64,000 nucleotides of DNA, taken from positions 124,001-188,000 of the forward strand of contig OZ025724.1 in the NCBI GenBank assembly GCA_964019335.1, given 5' to 3'. How positions within the stretch are numbered: the stretch's first letter is position 1; every line of letters starts with the position of its first letter. The stretch comes from Diplonema japonicum (Eukaryota > Protista > Euglenozoa: Diplonemea). Of the stretch, positions 32,933 through 44,070 are shown in pieces. The notes under the pieces are model-generated. The model was not told where the DNA came from. It made no database searches and worked only from the letters and a program-made list of their open reading frames with translations. Made by a program: the position numbers and the translations under genes.

Positions 32933-33757
32933 AAAAAAAAAAAAAAAAAAAGAAGAAGAATGAACTTTGGTGCTTATAAACCGCCTGGCGTACAAGCAAC
33001 TGCTAAAAAAAAAAAAAAAAAAAAAGAGATAAACAACAAAAAAAACAAAACACAAAATAAAATACTAAAGGCCTCCCGAATAATCCCTTTATGTGGGCAG
33101 TGGGAGGGGGTGTGGGCTCCACACTTATTGAATTGTACTTATTTGGGCTGGGGGCCACATGGAAAAGCAGGGAGTGGGGCTTAGAGCACATCTTGGTCTT
33201 GTCGCTGGGCGGGCTTGAGAAGCTGCTTTCGGGGCTTTATTTACGTATCGAGAAGACTCTACCAATAACAACCGAGAATTCTCTTTCATCTTCACCCTAC
33301 GTAATAGCCCCCCAATAGATTGAGTATCTCGGGACAAAAAAAAAAAAGGCAGCGTCCGAAGTTATGAAGTTTCAGATGGATACAGATAGCGCATTTAACG
33401 CAGATTTTCAAAATCTTTTCATTCCATTTTTTTTTTTTTTTTTTTCTTTTTTCTTTTCTGAAACCCCATTCGAGGCTTTGGTCTAGATGACCGGAGGAAC
33501 AATTACACCTAACAACTGCTTTACTTTAGCTTCTACAGAAGCAGTTTGAAACCGCATAAAATAACAAAATCTGCAAAAGAAGAATATCAGCAAACCCGGT
33601 CAAAAGTTTCAGTTTCCCACTTTAGAACCGAAAAAGAAGCTCGTAATCGTTGAAATCCCAAACCTGAGTTTTCAACGGGAAAAAAAAAAAAGAAAATAAA
33701 AAAAAATAAAAAAAAAACGAAGAGTTATGAGAAAAGATATTTCAGGTAACAGTGTAA

Positions 33758-33830
33758 CCCGGCGGTTGCTGCCTGGTGCCTGCGGTGGCTGTTTGTCGCG
33801 ATGAGATGGACGGCATCTGGGCGAGAAAAA
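33758..33830 (-). repeat. Short fragment of the same LINE 3' end
   Basis: gcggttgctgcctggtgcctgcggtggctgtttgtcgcgatgagatggacggcatctgggcgagaaa matches 32040-32107. Confidence 0.8.
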
Positions 33831-34726
33831 TTACTGACGCAAATGTGGAGAAAGCTTCGCTTTTTAAAGAGAGAGAGCCAGCGAAGCTAACATCACCAAT
33901 AATAAATAAATAGAGGGTGCTCCTTCTAAACCATAATTACTCCACAAACACCAGAGAGCCGCCGCAGGGAAGTTGGAAATTGGTTGTGCACAGCCGGGTG
34001 GGGTTAACCTGTAGAAGGATAAGCCCAACAATGCCACCACTACTCTTTTTAGCAAATAACAATTCATTATCAATATATTGTTTTTCTTGTTCAAGCAACA
34101 CGTTAGGAACACAGCACAGCGACAAACGGGGGAGGGGAGGAAAGAGGGAAAAGAGGGTGCTAGAACAGCACTATGTTACGAGAAAAAATTCAAATTAACA
34201 TGCAAGCTCCCTGAGACGAAAGCCGCATGCCCTAAAAAGGGGAGGGGGTATGGTCAGTACCAGGTATCTCTCAGTTTTGGTCAATCTCGCGACTCCTCCA
34301 GGTGTTGACCTCTTCAGGCGATTCAATGGCTCCTACTAGCGTCCCAGCAGGTTGAAGAGTACTTTTCCCGACCAAAAAAAATATATGAGTTAAAGGAAGT
34401 CTTTGTGACGCCCCCCCCCCCCCCCCTTTTCTTTTCTGAAAAAAGAAATCGAATGCGGGGAGGGGGGGGGCAGGTTTTTTTTTTCCATCCTCTTTTTTCT
34501 TTTTGTTTTTGTTTCTCTACTCTTTTTCTTTTTCCGCTGTTTTTTCAACATTTTGTAAAAAAAGGAATAGAAGGAAACAAAACAAAAAAAAAAAAATTGT
34601 ATACATGAGTTAAAAGAAGTCTTGAGTTAGTGAGTCGCCCCCTTGTTCTCATCCACCACTGCACCAATCCCTTTTCAGCAGGGGGTTCTCCTTTTTTCCC
34701 TTCTTTCTCTTGCCCTTTCCGAACTT

Positions 34727-37700
34727 TCAAATCGTGTATTGCGAACTACCTGCCAGTTCGCAGCTGATGGTGATCCAGTTTGAGAGGTTCTCACTCGGAG
34801 AATGCAGAATTGAAAAGCAAGGTCTAGTCAGCGTAATCGGCTCAGAGAGAGCCTTCGGTTGCTCAGCCTCCCCGTATTCATCAGCACCTGCTTGAACTGG
34901 AGCAAGAAGCGGCAAGGAAGACTCCAAGGAACAGTTGGCCACCGGGGTCATCTCCTTGTCGAATATTTCACGGGTTTTGATGTCCCTCGATTGCTGCCGG
35001 GCCCCCGCACGCCTATTCAACCAGATATCCACACAGTACACACTAATATCCCAAGCACACTTTGCCATCACCACGATGGCTGACGAAAACAACAACCAGG
35101 CAGCTGACACAAAAAACCAGGATTCTGTTGACGAGAAGGACCAGATGCCTGTGGTCATCAAGAGCAACGCACCAAACATACACCCAGCCACAAAGGCCGA
35201 TATACCATTGTCGAGGAAAGCTAAGTAAGGGCGGAAGAAGATAAGGGCGATGAAGAACCCGCCAAACAGCACGCAGAGCAATACATTCCTCGCGTCGCAC
35301 TGGTCGGCATCGGAGGTCTGCCACGTGGCGAGAAACGACAGACCGAGGGTCACGAACATCTCTACCAGGCAGAACCACGCCATGCCGTGCCGGTACCCCT
35401 CGAAGATCACCCCGTACTTCTCTGCGAAGCGGGACTCCTTTCTCGAGGACACCCACACCTTGTCACCGAACACAAACTGGTACACAGCACCTACCTTACC
35501 TTTGTACTTCTCCAGCAGCGGGTCTTCCATTATCTCCGCTTCTGTTGTGATTTGCCTTATGATGACGTAGTAGAAGATGAAGGGTGATATGCAGCATCCG
35601 ACAAGAACTGTCCAGCCGCACACTGCCGTCCATGAGGTCGAGGCTTGCGGGTAGAATGCCATCCTCGCTGCCAGCAGGCTGGTACCTTGTAGCAGGAATA
35701 TGTACGGGATGTAGGCGAGGCCTGGGGCCCTCATGTTTCCCAGCGCTGTTTCCATTTCGCTGTTGAAGATCAGTTTTATGACACCCGCCAGCAAGACCAA
35801 GAGGATAAAGGTGCCTGTCACGATGACTGGGTTCATGATGGTGGCTGCTAGCATGTACTTCCGCTTGTCGCTGCCCAGCCCGAACGTTGCGGGGTGGAAC
35901 TCCCAGTCCAGCTCCTCCGCCTCGGGCACGTCTACGTCCTCCACTTGACACCCGAAGTTCAGCAGCACAGCCAACCTGCCTGTCGTTGCCAGCGACGTCC
36001 CTGACACAGTCGCCAGTGCCACGCCTGTCGCAACCGACTGTGCCGTCTTGGCTGCATCCCTTGCACTCCCAGTCAGCACCTCCCCAATGAGTATCGACTC
36101 GTTAGTACCATTAGGTGGGGCATCGGTAGCAGGCACCAAAGCGTCTTGCCACGGTGTGGCGGGTGCGACTGTATCAGGTGCTTGGGTCGCTGGCGCTGAA
36201 GTTGGCTGGGCTGTAGGGGTTGACGTTGGGAGTGCAGTGGGGGTTGCTGTAGGTGGGGCATTCGTAGGTATCGCAGTTGGCGGGCTTGTAGGAGCTACTG
36301 TAGGCTCCGCTGTGGGCGGACTCGCAGTGGCAGGCGCAGAAGTAGGAACACCCGTTGGTATGGCGGTCGTCGGCGCAGTAGTAGCTGGTGCAGTAGTCGC
36401 TGGCGCAGTAGTAGCTGGTGCAGTGGTAGCTGGTGCAGTGGTAGCTGGTGCAGTGGTAGCTGGTGCAGTGGTAGCTGGTGCAGTGGTAGCTGGTGCAGTA
36501 GTAGCTGGTGCAGTAGTCGCTGGTGCAGAAGTAGCTGGTGCAGTAGTAGCTGGTGCAGTAGTAGCTGGTGCAGTAGTAGCTGGCGCAGTAGTCGCTGGTG
36601 CAGTGGTAGCTGGTGCCGTAGTAGCTGGTGCAGTGGTAGCTGGTGCAGAAGTAGCTGGCGCAGTAGTAGCTGGTGCAGTGGTAACTGGTGCAGTTGTAGC
36701 TGGCGCAGTAGTAGCTGGCGCAACGGTTGGCACGGCTGTGGCGGGTGCGTCAGTATCCGGAGGCAGTGCCATCTGCCTGTTGAGAAGATCAGCGGAACAT
36801 GTCGGGCTCTTTGGGACTGCGCACTTCACAGAGTTTAAGTCTCCCGTGAAAGTATAAGGCGAACATGCCATTGACCCACTGCAGTCCACCTCGCACAGAA
36901 CAGGGGTCGAGACGGGACAGGTCAGCGCAACCCCGTAGCACGTTTGGCTGCCGTCGCACACGTGTTTACATGAATCAGCAGAGCTGCAGTCAAGAGCTAT
37001 CTCCCTGCAGCCAGAGAGTGTGCAGGATGTGGTGCAGGATGTGGTTTCTCCACAAGTTATGACGGACTTAAGACAGCTGCTGCTTGCTGTGCAAGCCACA
37101 GTGGTAGACCCAGTAGAGCCCGTGGGGCGAGTTGTTGTGAAGTCGGAGCACGAGGAGCTTCCTGTGCAGCGAATGTCGCAGTCACCTGTTTTAGGGCAGG
37201 TGACGGCGATCCCAGGACAGCTGGAGGTGGCAGGGCAGTCCACAATACAGTCCCCTGGACAGCTGACGATAGCGTTGCTGCACGACGTGCTCTGTTTGCA
37301 ATAAAGACTGAGGGCAGAGGTGGAGGGGTCCGCTGTCTTAATCTCAGTATCCAGACAGGCAGACGTACCATCGCACGTGATGTCGCATGTCCCAGAAGTC
37401 GGGCAGGTAAAGGCCGCAGGGGTACAAGCACTCGCTTTGCAATCTACGGACATCCCTGGCATGCTCCCCGTGCCCCCTGTGACCGCGAGGTCGGTGCAAG
37501 CTTTGTCCACTTTGCATTTGAAGTCGCAGTTTCCGTTTTCCGGGCATGTTGCAACCATCTCCTTGCAGGCGTCCTTCACTTTGCAGTCTACGGTGACGGT
37601 GCCTGTTGCCATTGGCTTGGACTGCAACCGCATTTCCTTGCAGCCTTGGCCGTTGCAGGTTAAGTCGCAGTTTCCCGAGACGGGGCATGTCACGCTTGTG

Positions 37701-37996
37701 GTCGAACCGCGACATCCTTCAAAGTCACAGATGAGGTTGCAATTCGCCGTGTCAGGGCATATCAATGTCATCCCTTTGCACCCGTCTTTGGCCGTGCATG
37801 TCACAGTGCAGTCCTGAGAGGGGTCGCAGGTTATTGCACATCCTGCACAGTCCGTCCCACTGCAGGTAAGGCTGTCTGCCATCCCGGAAGGGAAGTATAA
37901 TACCTTGCTGGCCACGCAGTCAGCTGAACTTATTGCGCTTGTTACCGTCACGCATGCTACAAGGATCAATGGGGCTACCCTTGCTGCCTTGGACAT
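34727..37996 (-). CDS. Surface protein: Cys-rich repeats, TTAPA mucin stalk, C-terminal multi-pass (7-8 TM) domain
   Basis: Signal peptide, regular C-x repeats over ~380 aa, over 20 ATTAP units, and hydrophobic helices in the last ~400 aa. Confidence 0.85.
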   Translation of the reverse strand: MSKAARVAPLILVACVTVTSAISSADCVASKVLYFPSGMADSLTCSGTDCAGCAITCDPSQDCTVTCTAKDGCKGMTLICPDTANCNLICDFEGCRGSTTSVTCPVSGNCDLTCNGQGCKEMRLQSKPMATGTVTVDCKVKDACKEMVATCPENGNCDFKCKVDKACTDLAVTGGTGSMPGMSVDCKASACTPAAFTCPTSGTCDITCDGTSACLDTEIKTADPSTSALSLYCKQSTSCSNAIVSCPGDCIVDCPATSSCPGIAVTCPKTGDCDIRCTGSSSCSDFTTTRPTGSTGSTTVACTASSSCLKSVITCGETTSCTTSCTLSGCREIALDCSSADSCKHVCDGSQTCYGVALTCPVSTPVLCEVDCSGSMACSPYTFTGDLNSVKCAVPKSPTCSADLLNRQMALPPDTDAPATAVPTVAPATTAPATTAPVTTAPATTAPATSAPATTAPATTAPATTAPATTAPATTAPATTAPATTAPATSAPATTAPATTAPATTAPATTAPATTAPATTAPATTAPATTAPATTAPATTAPTTAIPTGVPTSAPATASPPTAEPTVAPTSPPTAIPTNAPPTATPTALPTSTPTAQPTSAPATQAPDTVAPATPWQDALVPATDAPPNGTNESILIGEVLTGSARDAAKTAQSVATGVALATVSGTSLATTGRLAVLLNFGCQVEDVDVPEAEELDWEFHPATFGLGSDKRKYMLAATIMNPVIVTGTFILLVLLAGVIKLIFNSEMETALGNMRAPGLAYIPYIFLLQGTSLLAARMAFYPQASTSWTAVCGWTVLVGCCISPFIFYYVIIRQITTEAEIMEDPLLEKYKGKVGAVYQFVFGDKVWVSSRKESRFAEKYGVIFEGYRHGMAWFCLVEMFVTLGLSFLATWQTSDADQCDARNVLLCVLFGGFFIALIFFRPYLAFLDNGISAFVAGCMFGALLLMTTGIWSFSSTESWFFVSAAWLLFSSAIVVMAKCAWDISVYCVDIWLNRRAGARQQSRDIKTREIFDKEMTPVANCSLESSLPLLAPVQAGADEYGEAEQPKALSEPITLTRPCFSILHSPSENLSNWITISCELAGSSQYTI

Positions 37997-39401
37997 TCAC
38001 CCCCCCCCCCCCTCCCTATAATTTCTTTCTTCGACTATGCTTGTTTTTAGAAGAAACAGAAAGGACTAAAAGTGTAAACAAGGGGGGGGGGGGGGTTTGT
38101 ATTTTCTTTATGATCAAATGTCATATTCTTTTTTCGGTATTTTTCGTAATTTCTTTTTTCCTCCTTTTTTTGGGTAGGGAGGGGTGGGGGGGGGGGGATT
38201 GGGAGAGAAAAAAAAAAAAAAAGAATGGTGGGTTCTTGTTTGTGTTCGACAAAAAAAAAAAAAAAAAAAAACGGGTTACAAAAAATCTTTTTTCCTGCGT
38301 AGTAATCATTCTTCTTTTTTTTTTTTTTTTGATAGCTACTATAACAAGTGTTTCTGTTCATCATAAAGAAATACAAAGGGGTATCTGAGGCCGTTGTTGT
38401 GGAAAAAAAAAAAAAAAAGACTCTTTAGAAAAAAAGATAACATCGCTGTCCCCCCTTTTGTGTAAAAAAAAAACCATGTAGAAAAATAAATAGAAATGAG
38501 TCTAAATTGAATACCTTGGCGTACCGTCAGGAAGACAGCACCTGGTTCTGGAAAAGGGTGCGCCTGCAGAGCAGTGGTGCTTACCAAATAATACTGATAT
38601 GCAAAAAAAAAAGGAGGGGAAAAAAAGCTGTCCCGTTATCGCTTTCAAAAGAAAAAAAAGGAGGGGATAATTCAAAAAAGAAAAAAATGAAAAAAAAGCG
38701 ATGGAGTGAACTAAAAAAGACTGAGTGGAAGAAAAAAATATAAATATATATGAGTTAAAGGAAGTCTTTGTGAGACGCCCCCTTGTTCTCATCTAAAAAA
38801 AAAGAGAAAAATAGATAAGGAGAACTAGGGGGAAGGTGAAGTCACCATTTTTCTTTTTTCTTTTTTTTTTTTTAAGCTCGCAAGTTTTCCTCCATCGGTG
38901 CAAAGAATCATTTCTACTCAAAAAAAAAAAAAACTATTTTGTCGTGCCGGTCTCCTTCATGGCTGCTTTTTCCCTTCTTTTCGTTGCCCATTTGACCGAG
39001 TACCTTGATCGGCAAGAAAGCCATCAATCGAGTTTGTGAGTGCCCAAAGGGACATTCCCACTCTGCTCTACAGGGCCAAAGGGAGTGTATAGCACTTTTT
39101 TTTATTACCTCTCATTATGGGTTATGTAAAGCTTAGCCATTAGAACGATCAATCAAAAAGAAATACACAGGAAAAAAAGAAAATAGAGGTCAGGGGGTTG
39201 CTGTTTCGTGCGTGGATTTCTTTTTTTATCTCATAGTTATCACGCCATTCAGGAAAAGAAAAACCACCATTAAGATAAACAAACGAGGCCACACCTTTTT
39301 ACAGGCGACACGAAAGGTTCTGGAAACAGGGGGACAAGAAATTGTGAGTGGAATTAAACACAGGGGGAGGGGGGGAAGGACCGTTCTCGTGCAAAAAAAA
39401 A

Positions 39402-39432
<31 letters not shown>

Positions 39433-39449
39433 GAAGAAAACACAAATAT

Positions 39450-39770
39450 AAGAGTTAAAGGAGGCCGGTGTTGGCGGCGCCCTGCACAAGAAGAACTGTC
39501 TACTTGATTACAGGAGGCGCACCGCGGCCGAGTTGTAGCTTCTTCTGCGTTCTGCGTCGTGTCCTTAATGCGTGCGGTGTACAGCTCAACCCCAACCGGT
39601 GCGTCCCGGGTAACCAAGATTCTGCGCTCGTGCAGTTTGCTGCCTGTTCGTCACCCTGAGCATCTGCATGATGTTCTTCCACTCGGGCGCTACCGGTGAT
39701 GACCGACGAGAAGGTCAGCAGCGAACAACACATCTGATGTTGTTCTTATATTTTCATGTTATCCCCACCA
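39450..39770 (-). repeat. 3'-end fragment of a second retroposon family (other copies 46390-46590, 26230-26290, 4128-4213)
   Basis: Near-identical dispersed copies ending (minus) GGCCTCCTTTAACTC(A/T)TAT + T-tract. Remnant peptide RRRSYNSAAVRLL resembles LINE ORF2 C-termini. Confidence 0.7.
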
Positions 39771-39954
39771 CAAAAAAAAAGAAATTGTACTTGTAACTGA
39801 ATTGGAAATTAAAAAAATTCACTATGATAGGAACGAAGTGGTTAGCAACGGCCCGCAAAAAAAAAAAAAAAAGATGTCGTTGAAGGGAACCTGCAGTATG
39901 TGACAGGATCGCCTAGCTGCTAAAAAAGAAAAACGGAGGGTGGAAAAAAAAATA

Positions 39955-40622
39955 TGAGTTTGTCCGGAAAAAAAGTAGTCCGACACCACTTTAAGTGCAG
40001 AATTGCGGTCTAAGTGTGTGCACCATATAGGTCACAACGCGCGCCGTTTGTTTCATTTCTAAAACGCGTGTGCAAAAACATGCTTTTTAGAATGGTTTTT
40101 TTTTAAATTTTGGCATATATTTCTTTTTTGTTTTCTTCAATGCATGAAAAGCGAGAAGAAATGGACGCAGACGGAAGATCTGTGAAACTTAAGTTCATTT
40201 TTGGGTGGTTTGGGCTCTTAATCACTATTAAAATGGGGGTGGGGGGAAATACTAGGCTACAATCCCTTGAAAGTCCCTTAAAAAAGCAAACCTCTCAATT
40301 TTTAATTTGTAATGACAAACTTCAGCAGATGGATAGCGAATGCAAGTTTGGCCCCAAAGATACCGATGTTGAGCAAGCAAGTGTTAAGAGGAAAATGGGC
40401 CATTTTAGGCCAAGTTCCCTAGGGCTTAAAAAACCGGTTTTTTGGGGGCTATGCAACGCCATATATTTTTCTGCATTTTTCGTGCTTTTCTGACCTCCCA
40501 GTGGAAGCCGGTTGCATCTTCCTATGGTTGCATGCTGCCCTTTTTTTGCTCAAATATTCCAAACAAAAGATTTTCGAACTGCCAAAAAAAAAGTGTTTGA
40601 CATTTTCTTCCGGACAAGCTCA
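39955..40622. mobile_element. MITE-like element
   Basis: TIRs tgagtttgtccggaaaaaa / ttttcttccggacaagctca. Internal segments recur at 3920-4070 and 60770-60810. Confidence 0.6.
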
Positions 40623-40848
40623 CATATATATAAATTATATATTTCGCACGATATTATTTCTTTATCTTTTTCTTTGAAATTTGAACATTCTTTTTTTTTT
40701 TTTTTATATATAATTTCACTCCTTTCAATTTTTGTTTTTAAAAAAACTTCATGCTCTTTTTTTAGAAGGGGAGGGGAGAAAAAGGTAGAAGTTTTAAAAA
40801 AAGAAATTGAGGAGAAGAACAAAATATAAAAAAAATTTTTTTTCTTTT

Positions 40849-41850
40849 TCAAACCCAATTTGCCTCCACTTCAAAATGACACCCCTGCGTATAAGGTCTC
40901 GGGGGGCAGGAGAGCACCGGCAACGCGAGAGCAGAAGGCGAATTCGACAGTATTCCCTTCAAACCATCAACGCCTGCCCCACCACCGACTAAAATATCAG
41001 AAATCGGCGGGCTCCTTGTATAAGGAGGGGTCAACGACGACACCTTTCTGTGCAGCGATCGTAAAGAAGACGTACGTTTCACAGACCTAGAACAGGAAGT
41101 AACAGGCCTGTCAAACACTAGCAATGACTGGCTACTCGACCTCCGCAACCCCCTGTCAGGGATGGATGAATAGGTGTCCGGAGCATTAGGATGAACAGCT
41201 ACCTCCTGCGTTGCGATAGAGCACGTTCCCATGCTTTCGACAGTATTCACACTGAGGCCAAGGGGGTCTGCTACCTCTTCTTCTTCTTCTTCTTCTTCTT
41301 CCACTTCTGTTGCAATCTTTTTAACGTTTTGCTCCGGTTCAGTAGAATCCGCAGGAGCCTTACGTCCGTTCTCCTTTACGCTATGTCTGTAGAAAATTAT
41401 AGATGTGGCACAGCATGCTAGGAAAAGACCGGCGCTTCCCATCACAGCCCAGAGACGCCATGGTTTGCTTGTTGTTTGTGTGTGTTTTGGATTGTAGAAT
41501 ATCACCGTAGACGCTATGTTCTGCCCTATGAGGGCGTTGCTTGAGCCGTTTTGCAGTTTCCAAGGATCGTTGTCTACCTTTACGGAGGAGATGTCCCAAA
41601 GGGTTGTTATGTTAAGTGAGATGATGTGAAGAGCGGTCATTTTGTGTGACTCTCCAGGGACCCTTAGCTCGCGAACTGTTGCCGGCTGGAAGCAGCACCA
41701 TTCCCCTCCATGGTGTAAGGTTCCTTCAGTGTCAAAGAAGTCTAGCCGGTAGACCCCACTGCCCTGTGTAGATTGCGTTTCGAATTGAAGTGTTATAACC
41801 TCCGCGGCCACCAGGACGGGGGAAAGGAAGAGTAGTGTGGCTACGAGCAT
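40849..41850 (-). CDS. Type I membrane protein with PLAT/LH2-like ectodomain
   Basis: Signal peptide, beta-rich domain ending WDISSVKV (like the PLAT repeats of 48234-52217), TM LWAVMGSAGLFLACCATSIIFY, and a disordered tail. Confidence 0.7.
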   Translation of the reverse strand: MLVATLLFLSPVLVAAEVITLQFETQSTQGSGVYRLDFFDTEGTLHHGGEWCCFQPATVRELRVPGESHKMTALHIISLNITTLWDISSVKVDNDPWKLQNGSSNALIGQNIASTVIFYNPKHTQTTSKPWRLWAVMGSAGLFLACCATSIIFYRHSVKENGRKAPADSTEPEQNVKKIATEVEEEEEEEEEVADPLGLSVNTVESMGTCSIATQEVAVHPNAPDTYSSIPDRGLRRSSSQSLLVFDRPVTSCSRSVKRTSSLRSLHRKVSSLTPPYTRSPPISDILVGGGAGVDGLKGILSNSPSALALPVLSCPPRPYTQGCHFEVEANWV

Positions 41851-41889
41851 CTTCTCATTCTCTTCCCTTTCCTTTTTTTTTTTTTTTTT

Positions 41890-42563
41890 TTATTTCACTC
41901 TTCAGAAATTACTTCACGCACTTGGGGGGCCCATTACTTCACGCTAAATCTCATTACTTCACGGTGAAATAATGGCCTGTTTCCGTGAAGTAATAGGGGG
42001 CTTCCGTTAAATAATATGCCTCGGTAGGCCAATTTTTGCCTCGGTTCGGTTCCCAGTGGGGCAACTTTTTCCTCTCAGTTTGCTAGCTTCCCCCCAGGTT
42101 CAGCTCAATTAGGCCTTGTTCCCAGTTTCTGGGGGTAACTCTTCTGTGGGTAAGGGTAACTTAGTCAGCTTACCCAAGCTCCCCAAATGACTTCAAAATA
42201 CCGAAGCAGCAGAATAAAAGGAGCCAGCGGCCGCGCCAGGTATGGGAAGGCCTGATTAGAGATGGTGACAGTGGCAATGCCAGCGGCAGCGGCAGCTCTT
42301 AGTCAACAAAAGGAGGGAAAACAACTTGTATTGTAACCTTTGTAACCCCTCTCTTGTTGCACCCCTTGTCACCCCGTTGTGCCCCTCGTGGTGAAGTAAT
42401 TTCTGAGTGTCGTGAAATAAAACCACTTACCTACCGCCAAGTAATGCTTTACCGACCTCTCGGTTCCGCATTTTACCATCTCGGGCCCTGCGGGCCCTCG
42501 ACGATAAATGCGGAACCTCGAGGTAACGGTAAAGTCATTACTTGTTGGCAGTAATAGCTATTA
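41890..42563. mobile_element. Non-autonomous element with long terminal palindrome (copy A)
   Basis: Shares both ends with 47330-47908; attacttcacg sub-repeats at the left end; long hairpin at 42441-42541. Confidence 0.75.
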
Positions 42564-43730
42564 TTGAGCAAAAAAGAATATAAAAGAAATAAAAAATAAA
42601 AAAAAGAAAGAGAAGAGTGAGGAGAAAAAGTGGAAAAAAAGGAGGGAAAAAGAGGGGGGGAAAGAGGAAAAAAGAGGGGGGAAAGAGGAAAAAAGAGGAA
42701 AAAAAAGGGGAGGGGGGGTGGGAAAGAGAATGGAGGGAACGCAGAGAAAAAAAAAAAGAAAAAAAAGTGACTTTAAAAAAAAGATTTTTAGAAGAAGCGA
42801 TCTTCACAGAAAATATTTTAAAAAAAAAAATGAAAAAGAAAAAAAAAGAAAAAAAAAGAAACTTTTTTTTTTCTTCTTCCAATGGGGAGTTGCCGTAAAC
42901 GGGGGGGGTTGTGAAAGAAAAGATTACATTTTAAAAAAAAAGAAAAAAAAAAGGGGGGTAAAAAAACAAAGAGTCGAAGCGCTTTACAATCGCTTTCACT
43001 GGAAAAAAGAAAGAACTTCAGAAGGCAAAAAAAGGTAAAAGAAAAACTGTAAAGGTTAAGTACTTGGCTTTTTCAGAATCACTTGATCCATCACTTGGCC
43101 AGCTCGTTGCCATCCTCAATTAGCTCTCTTTGGCTTGCCACATGGACCTTGGTCCTGTTGGCCCCCCTCTGAAAAGAAAAAGAAAATCACGAATAAATGA
43201 CCTTCTGTATCAGAATCCCCAGAACTCTGCAGCGTCCGAGTATGCTTGTAACTTTTGTAGTTTGTTCCTCCTGCTATTTGGGGGGATTCTTCTTTTTTTT
43301 TTTTTTTTTTTTTTTTTTCCCTTCTCTTGTTTATGTGTTCCCTCACTCTCCTTCTTTCTTTATCGACTGGTATAAAAACAAAAAGGGGGGTTTGCTCACT
43401 TAATAGTCCCAAAATAGTCAAGTCTAATGAAAATTCGGTTTTTTCATTTTTTTTTGGGTATGAAGCGAACGAAGGCACTTTTCTTGAGATACCTGTGAAT
43501 CGCCTTTAAAAATACTCCCCCATGGCACATGAAGAACAGAAAGGGAAAAAAAAAGGGGGGGGGGGATGGTTGTGTTTTCTTTTTTGTTCTTCCTTCGAAA
43601 AGCATAGGGAAGGCAAAAAAAAAAAAAAAAAAGAATATCTCCATTTTCTGACAGAATAAGAAAAGAAGAAAAATCACTACTTTTTTTTAGTTCACATAGG
43701 ATTCTTCTTTGTTTCCTTCCTTCCGACAAA

Positions 43731-43763
<33 letters not shown>

Positions 43764-44034
43764 GGAGTTATCTCAATCTACCTCCCACCTACACCTTTAT
43801 TCTTTTTCTTTCCCCCTCCCCACCCCCTTTCATTTAAAATTAATTCCTTTTCCGGAGAATTACCCCCTTCTTGTCTGTCATAGCGGTGGGGAGAGAAAAA
43901 AAAAAAAACACTTTTATGAATTCCTATTTTTTTTTTTACCCCATGGAACTTAGATAACCCAAGAGTAGGAGGGGAAAAAAAAAAAAAAAAAAAAAAGAGG
44001 GGGTAAATGAAGAAAGTGTTTTCTCACCTAAATT

Positions 44035-44070
<36 letters not shown>

